Below are positions 24,137 through 35,723 of a stretch of DNA of 64,000 nt, piece by piece. How positions within the stretch are numbered: position 1 is the stretch's first letter; each line of letters opens with the position of its first letter. Below the pieces are notes generated by a model, which saw only the letters and a list, made by a program, of their open reading frames with translations, was not told where the DNA came from and ran no database searches. The position numbers were made by a program, and so were the translations under genes. The DNA comes from Lama glama (taxonomy: Eukaryota), in contig CM052816.1 in NCBI GenBank assembly GCA_028534125.1, forward strand, positions 95,606,001 through 95,670,000. The letters are read 5' to 3'.

Positions 24137-25229
24137 CATCTAACGTAAACTGGCTGATCAGAGTTCTCCCCTGGGAGATGCGGACTAGAAACGAAGTCTT
24201 CCTCTTTCTGGCCACAAAGCTGTGAATATGAAATGCAGAGTAGCTGGTGGCTCTGCTTTCAGCCTCAGGCCTACTGGGATGATAGAGTCAACTTCTAGAG
24301 AACGAGCTAGAAATAGAATCCTGAAACCATTTAGGTTTTTGGTTCCATCTCTCCCCACCTTTTGCAAGGACAACATGCTTAACATGAGCCAATGGACCGC
24401 CAGCTTTTGCCCACACTTTTCTAATTGGGTTTCTGTTAATTACAAGTAAAGAATTCTTATACAATGTTTGCACCTAGACAAGTTAGGAGTTTGTAACTTT
24501 TAATCTTTTTAGTTATAATTTTCCCCAGTCTTATAAAACTTACAAAATAAAGAGTAGAAACATTTTTGATAGTAATTAGTGTTTTGGTTGGAAAAGATCT
24601 TAGAGAATCCAGAAGCTAATCTAGCAGATAGGACAGAATTCCTTTCTACAAAATGCCTGGAACAACTTGGTAGACTTCACCCTTCTCCTCTAGTTACCAA
24701 GTCCAGTGTCATCATAGCTTCTGAGGCATCTCATGCTGGTGGCACATAGAGGCATGCTGGCCCTGTTAACTGACTTACTGTCGGATGGATGCATGTTTTA
24801 TTGAACTTAACTCAGTTGTAATGATCCTTTAATCTTAATTTTACATTTGGATTTTGGAAGAGAATCTTAGAAAATTATAGAATTAGATTATTAAGGATCA
24901 GGGAAACATTGATAGCCATGGTTTATCATGCATATTGGGTTATACAGATCAAATGAATTGTGGCCATTTATGGTTTATAGTTTCTCTTTTAGATGTTTAA
25001 GAAAGTGACTTTATTTTGACATCTGATCAGGTAGAGGGTATGCTAGCCATGCCCAAAATTGCTCTTTGGAAAAATAAAATTTTCTGTCGTAACTTTTGTT
25101 TTTCTGCTTTGAAAAAGAACCATCTGTTCATGTAGTCAATAAAAATTTACCGAGTGCCTACCCTGTGCATAGAGGTTTGAGGAGTTGGGAACCTCCAATC
25201 ACCTTGCAGTGTGTCTAGGATATGGAAGA

Positions 25230-25755
25230 TATATTAGTTGGACCCTGCAGTTGCAAGAAATCAAAAATGCTACTCTAACTGGTCTAAACACAAACAGGGA
25301 GTTTCTTGTGTATATAATGAAAAAGCTGGACCAGGCTCCTGGGCTCCCACCTTGTTACCCTGACCTGATTTCCCTCTCCAGGTATGAGCTCTACTTCCTC
25401 TGTGTGAATTCTGTCTCAGAAAGTCCCCTGCCCCACCCCAGGGTGGTTAGAGGCAGCCTCAGCCTGGGCATCACTTCATCTTAAGTTCATGTGGGGATGG
25501 GAGGGGAAGAGCATGCGTCTCTCTGCGAACAGTCCCAGCCAAGGTCGCCTTGCTCCCTTAGTTCTGATTTCCTGTGTGGATTTATGCCCCCAAATCAATC
25601 GCTGTAGCTTGAGGGTTGCAATATGCTGATAAATTGCCTTAGGCACCATCCTGGAGCGTGAGTGGGAACCCCGTAAGTTGTGAGAGGAGGTTTCCCATAA
25701 GGAGGAGAGAGGAGGCATGGCTGGTAGATGGAGAAACAATTAAACAGTTTCTACA
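25230..25755 (-). mobile_element. Old MLT1J/K-like LTR
   Basis: tattagttggaccctgcagttgcaagaaatcaaaaatgctactctaactggtctaaac start; degraded. Confidence 0.55.
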
Positions 25756-26514
25756 AAGGACATCCGGCTGAACTGCATTTGGGGGTGTGAAGCCTTTTCC
25801 CACTGAGTGTGAGTGGTATAAGACTGAACTCTATCAGTGTAAAAAAACAAACAAACAATAAAAACCAAAACCAAAAATACAACCAAAACCAACTTTGCCT
25901 GAGTGACTTGCTGGCTCCTATACGTGCGCTGAGAATCTGGGATTTCTTACTCCACGTTTAGCTGATGCTGCAGTCCACTGGGGGGCAGCAGGAAGGGGGT
26001 GGCAGCGCTGTGCAAGAGCTGGGCCGAGTTGGACTCTGGGAGGAGGAGTTCAGGGAATTTTAAACAAGTGCCCAGGTGATTGCGAAGGGCAGGAAGAGCC
26101 ACAGTGTTGACTCCTTTTGTCTGGAGATTCATTCCTCCTCTCCGCAGTCCAGCGTCGCCCACCCACCCTCTACCAACCAGCTCACAGGCCGCTGTCTGGG
26201 GGACGCCCCCTACCTCTCGCAGGAACACCGATGAGCTCTCTCCTCTGTAATGCCACCTTCGTTTTGTCTTCAGTGTCCTGGCACTTATCCTCTTGTGACA
26301 TAGTGATGTTTGTGTATCAGTTTTCTCACCAGGTTCTCAGGGACTTGTGGGCAGGAATCACATCTCCCAAGTGCAGGACTTTGTGACAGTGGAGGACAGG
26401 TGAGGGACCAGGAGTATCTGTCCTCTCCTGCCAAGGGGGCAGGTTCTGGGCACCCAGGGCTATCGGAATGGACGCAAGTGGAAAATACTGGAAGCAACTT
26501 TTCTATTTAAGAAT

Positions 26515-26591
26515 TCTTATTTTTTTTTATTGAAGTGTAGTTGATTTACAATGTTAGTTTCAGGTGTACAGCAATGTGATTCAGTTATATA
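26515..26591 (-). mobile_element. Very short L1 3' terminus
   Basis: ttttattgaagtgtagttgatttacaatgttagtttcaggtgtacagcaatgtgattcagttata. Confidence 0.8.
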
Positions 26592-29091
26592 ACATTTCTG
26601 TTTAGTTTTCCTTGAAATTTAAAATTTTTATTTCTGAGTACAAGGCACATCATATTATATATCATGTACATAATTAATAAGTATATAAATACAAGTGATA
26701 CATGTATAATATACATCTATTGAGAGTTCAGTCTTCAAAGAATCTTAGAGGATGAAGTGTGAGATGAGAAACCACTGGAGACTATTTGTTTAGATCGTGT
26801 TTTCCAATTTTTTGTAACAACCACCACCTCAAGGACTGCGCGTGGCACACTGTGATGCCCGGAAGTGTGTGGGTGGATGGGCATCAACTGGGAGAAAAGT
26901 TTGAAGAAACGGTATTCACCAAGGATCCCGTAATGATTCCTGACACCTGCAATTGTATTCTAATTTGTTAAAAATGCTTCTCTCACTCTTTACCTAAATT
27001 GACTGCAACCCTGCACTGGGGACCACATCCTACGGCTTGGGACACGTGGATGTGGATAACGAGGGAGAGGCTGGGAGGAGGGCTCTTGATTTGGAGCCTA
27101 GAGCCATGTCCCCCGATGAGGAGCCTGTAAAAGTGCAGCCTCCCCGGCACTCAGTCCCGGGAAGCCCTGGGGTCTGAGAACCGTGGGATACACGTGATGG
27201 TTTGACTGTGTAGATGATGAGGGGTGGGCCTCTATAAATTTGTGGAGGATGCTGGACGATTGTTGTTTATGTGAAGTGAAGCTCAGTAACGAGGCCTGGG
27301 CCGCAGATGCAGAACTTTGGCCGTCCAGGAAGCACTTCTGGACAGGGTGGAAGGCGGTCAGTCACTCATCCTCACTGTTAAGTCACAGCAGCCTTACCGC
27401 ATCAGTCACCTGGAAAGCGTGAGTGCAAACTCCTGCCGGCCAAGTCTGTGGGCCCCAATTAACTGGGGCCCCGAGCACATGCTGCGGGAGGTGGGTCTGT
27501 CGTGCTTCATCCCTGTTTTGGGGTAGCAGTTGGGGAGGTATGTGATATCGCCCCGTCACCAGGGGCTGCGATTCCCCCCGGATGGATTTGCCACCAGACA
27601 GCTCCAAGCCCTTAGGACTTACCCAGGAAGGCAGTGGGTGCCCGTTTATTCTGGACCTGGACAATTTCTCCTCCAGCCAGGGATGGGTGGCAGCTGAATG
27701 GAGACGAAAGCCTGTGCTGGATTTCCTGAAATTAATGCCTGGGTGTGACCTACTTCTGTTTTCCTTATCCACTGTTCTTTTTCTCTCCTGGTGATTGCAC
27801 GAAAATGGCAGAGAGAGAGATTTCCTCCCAAGCTCCCCCACGGCCGCCCCCCGGCCTGCTCTGCTTTTATGTCACCCTGAGTTGGGTCATTGTTTCATTT
27901 CCTGGGAAATGCCTGGGGGCTGAGACTTGCCTCCAGAAGCAATAATACGAAAATAATATTCCATTTTGGACTTAACCGGGCTGTACCTTTTAAGCAGACT
28001 TAAAATCATTTTGTAGTCATAGCTCTTGCATGGCAAACCATGTGTGATCTTGAGGCTTTCCGAAATGAAAGGCTTGACTTTTAAAATTGGGTGCTATCGG
28101 TAACTGGCCCGACGAGGCTGCCAAGGAGGTTTGAATGGGGCCTTAATGCTCTAGTTTTCATTAACTAGCCACTGTGGCAGGAGTTTATTAAATTGCAAAT
28201 CAGAAGCGCTTGGTTAAAAGTGCTGGCTGTGATCCAATTAATATATTCGTTTTTAATAGTGCGGCCCCAGGCTAGGAAAAGGCACTAACTCAGAAAGGCA
28301 CGGGAGCGCCGTCTGGGTCCTAGCTCCTGCGTTTTGAAGTTAACCTGGAACCTTATTGCCCTGCTTGGCCAGTGCCCTTGGGTTCACCTCTGATAACTTC
28401 CCAGAGGAAGGCAGGGGTGGCAGGGGGAGGTTTGCTCTTTTTTGTAGTCCTCAGGATTTTTGCCATCCCCAGAGTGGAGACTTTCTTGCCAGTTGACCTT
28501 CTGATTGGCCAGGGGAGGTAGAAAGTGTAGTGTGTATTGATTGGCTTTGACTTTCGAGAAATAAGACAAAGGTGCTTTGTGCTAACGGCTAAAACCAATT
28601 ACAACACGGGGCCATTGGGCTTTCAGCATCTTAAACAAAGCGATGCCTTAAGGCCTCCTAGGAAATCAGATAGAATCTAAGAGCAAAGGGAGAAGTCAAC
28701 ATGGAGAGAGGTCCTTTTTATGCCTTGTGCTTATTTGACTTCTGAATTACTGACATATTCCTTATAATCGTCTTCCTTTGGTGACACAAGGCCTGTGGAG
28801 CGACTGTGCTCACGCCCAAGCCACTCTGAGGCAGGGTTTGGTGTTTCTGAGCAGCCCTCAGCACATCTGATTTGACCCTGCGTTAGTGATGGAGGGATGG
28901 TTGGCTTCCTATTTTCTGGAGGGGCTGTGAAGATTACTCATATCACTGGCTGCACAGCAGAATTGGAATCCAATTCCCAATGGACAGCTCTGATCCCTGT
29001 CAGCATTCCCCTTTGCCTTCCAACCCCAACGCACCCTCGAAAGTTCCCCTCTATCTTCTGGATCCCTTTTGGCTTTGGCTGGCAACCTGCC

Positions 29092-29591
29092 NNNNNNNNN
29101 NNNNNNNNNNNNNNNNNNNNNNNNNNNNNNNNNNNNNNNNNNNNNNNNNNNNNNNNNNNNNNNNNNNNNNNNNNNNNNNNNNNNNNNNNNNNNNNNNNNN
29201 NNNNNNNNNNNNNNNNNNNNNNNNNNNNNNNNNNNNNNNNNNNNNNNNNNNNNNNNNNNNNNNNNNNNNNNNNNNNNNNNNNNNNNNNNNNNNNNNNNNN
29301 NNNNNNNNNNNNNNNNNNNNNNNNNNNNNNNNNNNNNNNNNNNNNNNNNNNNNNNNNNNNNNNNNNNNNNNNNNNNNNNNNNNNNNNNNNNNNNNNNNNN
29401 NNNNNNNNNNNNNNNNNNNNNNNNNNNNNNNNNNNNNNNNNNNNNNNNNNNNNNNNNNNNNNNNNNNNNNNNNNNNNNNNNNNNNNNNNNNNNNNNNNNN
29501 NNNNNNNNNNNNNNNNNNNNNNNNNNNNNNNNNNNNNNNNNNNNNNNNNNNNNNNNNNNNNNNNNNNNNNNNNNNNNNNNNNNNNNNNNNN
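29092..29591. other. Assembly gap (500 N)
   Basis: Run of N. Confidence 1.
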
Positions 29592-29920
29592 TTGGCTATT
29601 AGTTCACCATTTTTAAAGGTTATACTTCACTTATAGTTATTATAAAATACTGGCTGTATTCATTGTGTTGTACAACACACCTTTGTAACTTATTTTATAC
29701 CTGATAGTTTGTACCTTTTAATCCTACACCTCCATCTTGCCCCTCTCCCTTCCCTCTCCCCACTGGTAACCACTAGTTCCTTCTCTACATCTGTGAGTCT
29801 GTTTCTTTTCTGTTATACTCACAAATTTGTTGTATTATTTTTAGATTCCACATGTAAGTGATATCTTACAGTATTGTCTTTCTCTGTCTGACTTATTTCA
29901 CTTAGCATAATGCCCTTCAG
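29592..29920 (-). mobile_element. Artiodactyl-type L1 3'UTR fragment abutting the gap
   Basis: ccctctccccactggtaaccactag...tttttagattccacatgtaagtgatatc...tctgacttatttcacttagcataatgccc. Confidence 0.9.
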
Positions 29921-30086
29921 TAGAGTCAGAGTGTGATAGATAGTTAAGACTGCATTGTGGGTTTCTGAAAAGGATCTTTCAAATTTGAAGGAACCGCCCC
30001 TGGAGTGTAGATTCCTGATTAGGATGTTTAATATGTTGGCAAACCACTCCCAGATTGTAAATTAAAACTGCTTCACACACACACTT

Positions 30087-30358
30087 GTGCATTTTATCCA
30101 ATCTCAGATGCCATCACTTGTAAGACGCGCCTTTTTATTTATCACTAAGAAAAGAAATGCTGCCAATAAAACGGATACAATGCTTCTCAATCACATTAAC
30201 GTTTTATTTTACATTTGTTGAAAGAAGATTGGACTTAGATTTTTACCATATAGTGAACATGTTCGTAGAAAAGGAAAAAAATACATGAAGAATTGCTACG
30301 GTTTTCCTTAGAAAATCTTCCCATCCAAAATTTGACTTTTTAAAATCACTTTCTTGAC
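30087..30358 (-). mobile_element. MARNA-like TcMar-Mariner non-autonomous element fragment
   Basis: agatgccatcacttgtaagacgcgcc...cactaagaaaagaaatgctgccaataaaac resembles the recalled MARNA end. Confidence 0.7.
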
Positions 30359-30370
30359 AAAGAAAGTCTT

Positions 30371-30391
30371 TGTGTGTGTGTGTGTGTGTGT
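30371..30391. repeat. (TG)n microsatellite
   Basis: tgtgtg run. Confidence 0.9.
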
Positions 30392-30485
30392 TATCAAGGA
30401 CAGTGAAGATGCATGCACCTTTTCTTAGAATATCTAAAGCTGTTGGTGCTGGCTCTCACCTGGCTCTGTCATCATATGGATTTAG

Positions 30486-32128
30486 CAGGGATGGACCTAG
30501 GTGATGGGGGACTGAAGTTTATAAAATTTAGGGAAGGAGGCTTTCAAAAAAAGAACACAAACTCACAAATACAAAATTAGGTATGATCATTAACGAGAAA
30601 TTTAGAATGAGAAAATAAATACTACAAAATACTAACAAATTTGCAAAGTCAAAGTTTTTAATCAAAAGCTGTCAAATACCACAAATGTTCCAAAATACCC
30701 CCCAAATAACATAAATACTTTAATTATTTGACTACTTGACCTGCCTCTACAATGTTCTGTTCCCTGCTTTTTTTGGCTACATGCTCAGTGGTTGTAGCGT
30801 TGTATTGAGTTACGACGTAGTAGTTACCAAATTGACTTACTGTTCCTTGTGAGAAGCAGTTTTTGTCATTGGGACCCTTGGTCCTCCAGACTCTTTCACT
30901 GCTTTGCTTCAGTTTTCCATGCCGTTTTTACAGGAGACTGCCAGATTCCATCAGGACAAGATGCTGTCGTTACACTAAAAAGCCGCCTCAGGTACCGGCG
31001 TGTCTGAAACTTCGCCCACAGGGATGTTTGCAGCTCTTGCCGTTTGGGGCACCGTTACATGTTTGTTCTCTTAAAACAGAGGAATAATAATCACACAGTA
31101 AACTGTGTGATTTTCATAAAAAGATGAGGTTTGTTTCTAGTTGTACACATTTCTTTGTTCAGTTTCCCTACAGAAGAGCACGTCCATGTGGATTTCGATT
31201 GATGATAACCGAGCCCTCTGCTTACAGCTTTATACCTTTGATGACTGGAAGAGACGTGCGCGGACTAGCTTTTGGCTGGTCCATTTGTAAGCTTGTTTTC
31301 CCTTCACTACCCCCTCCTCATGCTTGAGGCATTGGAGCTGTATTAGTTTGCTCCAGTGGCCATAGAAAAACACCACAGAGAGGGCAGCTGAAATGACAGA
31401 AACATATTCTCTCACAGTTCTGGAGACAGGAAGTCCAAGATCAAGGTGTCTGCATGTTTGGTTTCTCTTGCGGCCTCTCTCCTTGGCTGGCAGACCACTG
31501 CCTTCTGGTTGTGTCCTCACGTGGCCTTTTTTTGTTTTGCACAGGTATTCCTGGCGTCTCTTCCTCTTCTTACAAGGACACCAGTCCTATTGGATTAGGG
31601 CCCCACCCTTATGACCTCATTTAACCATAATCACCTCCTGAAAGGCCCACACTGGGAGCCAGGGCTTCAATCTATGAATCTGAGGGAGTTGGGGAGGGAC
31701 ACAATTCAGTCTGTTAGCAGGGCTACCTCTGGCCCTACACTGTTGTGCCAAGATGCTGAGTGGGGTGACACAGTGGGTGGAGGGGAAGACCTGGAAGCAT
31801 TCCTGTAGAGGGATGGCTAGTGATGACTGAGTTAAACTTCCAAGTGACCGTGAGCCGTGTAAACCTCATTGAACCTCAACTACCACCCGTTTTTCCTGTT
31901 CAGCTTCTCCTTAACAAGGTCCCTACCCGACATGAGGAGAATGGAGATGAGGACACATCAGGGTAAAAGGAGACCATGGTCCTCACCACTACTGGTTGCA
32001 TATCTTACCTTTGCAGATTTTGCTCATGCAGTTATACTAGTAGGATACATAGGTCCTCAGTAGGGTCCCCTGCAAGTGAGGAGCCCAGAAGCTTAAACCT
32101 GATTAGTTTCATGGTAAATCCATCTCTG
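30486..32128. mobile_element. Zaphod/MER115-like hAT-Tip100 DNA transposon, internally deleted, both ends retained, interrupted by MLT1A
   Basis: Left end cagggatggacctagg...aaatacaaaattaggta; right end ...gtttcatggtaaatccatctctg; TIRs cagggatgga / cagagatgga match 9/10. Confidence 0.75.
31339..31719 (-). mobile_element. MLT1A-like MaLR solo LTR nested in the hAT element
   Basis: tgtattagtttgct...tctcacagttctggag...aagtccaagatcaaggtg...gacacaattcagtctgttagca. Confidence 0.9.
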
Positions 32129-32316
32129 AGAACTCACTTGCTTTTGATGACAAGTTTGGGAAAACCCCCAAACACAAGAGATTTACCATCTCCAACCCCT
32201 CCTGACAACTATTTGGATCCTAGGGGTTAAAAAGTATCCTACTTCATCTGTAGGCTTTTCTTCTAAATGGCTAACATCCAACCTGAAAGTTTTATTTTTT
32301 TCCCAAATGAAACCTC

Positions 32317-33030
32317 TTATTTTAAGATAATGGAGATTCATATGCAGTTGTAGGAAATAATATAGAAAGACCCGGTTTCCCCCCAATGGCAGCATCTTGC
32401 AAAACGATGGTGCAACATCACAACCAGGACAGGGATACAGATACAGTCAAGACACAGAGAATTTCCATCTCCATCAGGGCCTCTCCTGCTGTCCCTTTTT
32501 AGCCACAGCCACTTCCCTCCCACCCCCATCCTCTCCTTAATCCCTGGCAGCCATTCACTATTCTCCATTTCTAAAATTTTGTCATTTTGAGAACGTTGTA
32601 TATAGTAGTCCCGCCTTATCTGTGGTTTTGCTGCCTGTGGTTTCAATTATCTGCATTCAACTGCAGTCTGGAATTATTAAAAGGAAAATTCCAGAGATAA
32701 TTCATAAGTTTTAAATTGTACACCCTTCTGAGTAGCATGAGGAAATCTCTCGCTGACCATCTCCATCCTGGCTGGGATGTGAACCATCCCTTCTCCCAGC
32801 ATATCCATGCTCTATACAGTAGCCACCCATTAGTACAGGATAAAACATAACGTATATAGGGTTTGGTACTCTCTGTGATTTCAGGCATCCACTGGTCTAG
32901 GGCTGGTCTTAGAACATATCCCTGTGGATAAGGGAGGATCATTGTAAATGGATCACATAATCACACAGTATGTAACCTTTTGAGGTTTTTTTTTTTTCAC
33001 TCAGCATAATTCTTTGGAGATTCATCCAAT
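32317..33030 (-). mobile_element. L1MC/L1MB-type 3' end, interrupted by MER44
   Basis: ttcatatgcagttgtaggaaataata...tccatttctaaaattttgtcattttgagaa | aatgga...cagtatgtaaccttttg...ttcactcagcataattc. Confidence 0.8.
32603..32944. mobile_element. MER44A/Tigger7-like TcMar MITE
   Basis: Inverted ends tagtagtcccgccttatctgtgg / ccctgtggataagggaggatcattg; flanked by TA on both sides (32601-2, 32945-6). Confidence 0.9.
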
Positions 33031-33497
33031 TTGCCTGCCTTCTCTTTACCATTTAGAGTCTCCTTACATTTGTTTTAAATTTAATGTCCAGGGTTTTAAT
33101 TTTTACCTAGTGAAAGGAATTGAAAAAAACACATCTATTCCCTTTTGGAAGCAGACGTCCACCCTGCAGGCTTTGATGCTGGTAGTTTTTTGGTGTTTGC
33201 TCCCATGCAGTCACTGGCGATGACACAGGACCACGGCCCAGCCAGGAGGTGGATCAGAGACGGTAATGTGTGAAAAAAAGTCTTTGACTGCAATACGATG
33301 TTATGTAGCCTATGATAAGTATTTTCCTGGCCGTCACAGACCATCTAGCAGGGAATCTGTCAATTATCCGTACTTTAAGGCCCACCGGAATTCTGGTCTC
33401 ATCATCTTGGTTTTCCAGTCTGAAGATGCTAAAATCAGAAGGATATTAAACTTGGCTAATGTTGAACAAAGTCATTGAAGGGTTTGTGCACATAGTT

Positions 33498-33870
33498 TGT
33501 GGTACGGTTTGAGTTTCCAGGAAGCAGTAGAGTGTGTAGGATGTTTACTTAGGGGCACTCAAAGGAAGCAGGATGGGAGGGAGAGGTAAGCTGTGGTGGC
33601 CACAGCCAACCACGTGTGGAACTTAGGTGCTGGATGACCCTTCAGAACGGTCCAGAGCTGGACCCAGATGGCCAGTCCTTTCCACACACGCTCAGAAGAG
33701 TCTCTGGATGGGGGCTACTCTGAGGGGCACAAGCAGTCAGCCAGGAGGCTCTGTGCAGCTGAGACATCCCTGAAAGATCTCACCTTTCTGGACCATCATC
33801 CCTGAAAGGTCTGTCTTTGAGTAGCTGGACATCGAGTCCTTCACCTAAGAGAGCTCCCGGCACTGTCTCT
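33498..33870 (-). mobile_element. LTR33-like ERVL LTR
   Basis: gtttccaggaagcag...aaggaagcaggatggg...gctggatgacccttcagaa...ggctctgtgcagctgagacatccctgaa. Confidence 0.65.
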
Positions 33871-35349
33871 CAGCACCCCGTGCCCCTGCCCACGGTGTGT
33901 CAATAAATAAACATATTCCAAAGATATATTTTCAAGTGTTTTCCTGTTAGGGGTGTATAGTCAAAAAGTTGGGTAACAACTGTCCTTGAAAGCTGATTAT
34001 TTTTGTGGGAAAACCATGCCCATATTTCAGTGAACAACAATTCATAACTTCTGATTTGTTGATAAGAGTTTTTTGGTCTTTAAGTTGGCTTTTTCCCCCT
34101 AAAAGGGATGGCTTACATTTATTTGGGGTTTTAGATTAACATTCAATTTATTCAAATAAAAAAGTACAAGTTTTGTTTTCCTTAAGCTTGTCAGCCCTGC
34201 TTATAAATCTTATTGTTCTTTTTATAAATCCAGTGAATTTTAACAGTCCTATTCAAGGGTGCTTTTATTAGTGTTTCAGTTGGACAGACCAGACTACCTT
34301 AAATAATCAGCCCTGTTTACAACTTAGTTAATTAAATTCCTTTAAACATTTTTACTGCATTTCTAAATATAATATATTTGATTTTGCCTCTGTAGTTAAA
34401 GTCATAAATTAAACTTATGGATATAGTAAATCTCAACTTCTCTTAAGCATTCCAGCCCTGTTTACAAACCTAGCCAAATTCTTTTAAACCTTTCAGCTTA
34501 AAATCTCAAGTCTAAAATAAGATGCACATTTTAATGGAATCACCAAGGGAACCCATTGGTTCTGATAGGGCAAATTATCCTGAAACACTCTAAATACCAA
34601 ACACTCACAGGATTTTCCTCAGTGTAACGTACAAGGTTTATTCCTCAGTGTAGCAAACAAGCATCTGTACTCTAACCTTCTTTTGGGAGCTGGGTGTCCT
34701 CTGATTGTCAGAAGCTCTCAGGTATTTTTAGGTGGATGGTGATGGTCCAACCAGGTGATAGGAGCAGATCTCAAACCTGACTCTGCCCTCCATATGGATA
34801 TTTATTAAACAAACTCCTATGATCAAGTCTGTGAGCTCAATGAAGTCCCATTTCTCTATCTTGTGGGTGGTCCAACCATGCTGCACAGAAGTTCACCTGA
34901 GGAAGATATGACGTTATCCACAGATGTTTCCCAACTCTGTGGAGAACATGGGAGCCTTAAGGTATCAAAAGTTGGTGACATCATTTACTGGCTTCCTCTA
35001 TCCTGTTCATGAAGTGTGGGGATTGTTACTAACATATTTTACTTAATCACATTAACTTGTGTACCACTAATTTTACTAACAAAATCCCCTTCAGACTCTT
35101 TCTGTGTTAATGAGAAAAATCTTGGGTGTTGATGGAGATTTGGGTCTTTTGCTGTAGCCTTCTTGGTGCACAGTGGGCTTGTTGGTAGAATGCTGACCTC
35201 AGGCTGGGGTTCTCCATAAGGCCACCAACGGTGCCTAAGGGGTCACTTAAACTGACAGATTGCATTGCACTATTTCAAGATAGATTATATACATCTTAAC
35301 ACCTTCCAAGAGTAAATGAGATACTCACCAAAAAACCAGTTTTACAGTT

Positions 35350-35723
35350 TGTTATGGACTGAATTGTGTCCCCATCCCCCAAATTCATATTTTGAAGCTC
35401 TCATACTCAATGTGATGACATTAGGAGGTGAGGCCTTTAGGAGATAATTGGTTTTAGATGAGGTCATGAGTGTGGAGCCCTCAAGATGGAATTAGTGTCC
35501 TTTAAAGAAGAGATACAGAGAGCTATCTCTCTCCTTCTTTCCTCTCTCATCTATGTGAAGACAAAGGCATCATCTGCAAGCCAGAAAGAGGGTCTTCACC
35601 AGTACCTGACCATGTGGGTGCCTTGATCTTGGATTTCCATCCTCCAGAACTGTGAGAAATACAAATCTGTTGTTTAAGTCATTCAGTCCATGGTGTTTTG
35701 TTATGAGAGCCTGAGCTAATACG
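35350..35723 (+). mobile_element. MLT1A0-like MaLR solo LTR
   Basis: tgttatggactgaattgtgtcccc...gccttgatcttggatttccatcctccagaactgtgagaaata. Confidence 0.9.

Noticed and set aside
28897..29636. 177-239 aa ORFs
   Set aside because: Artefacts of reading through the 500-N gap
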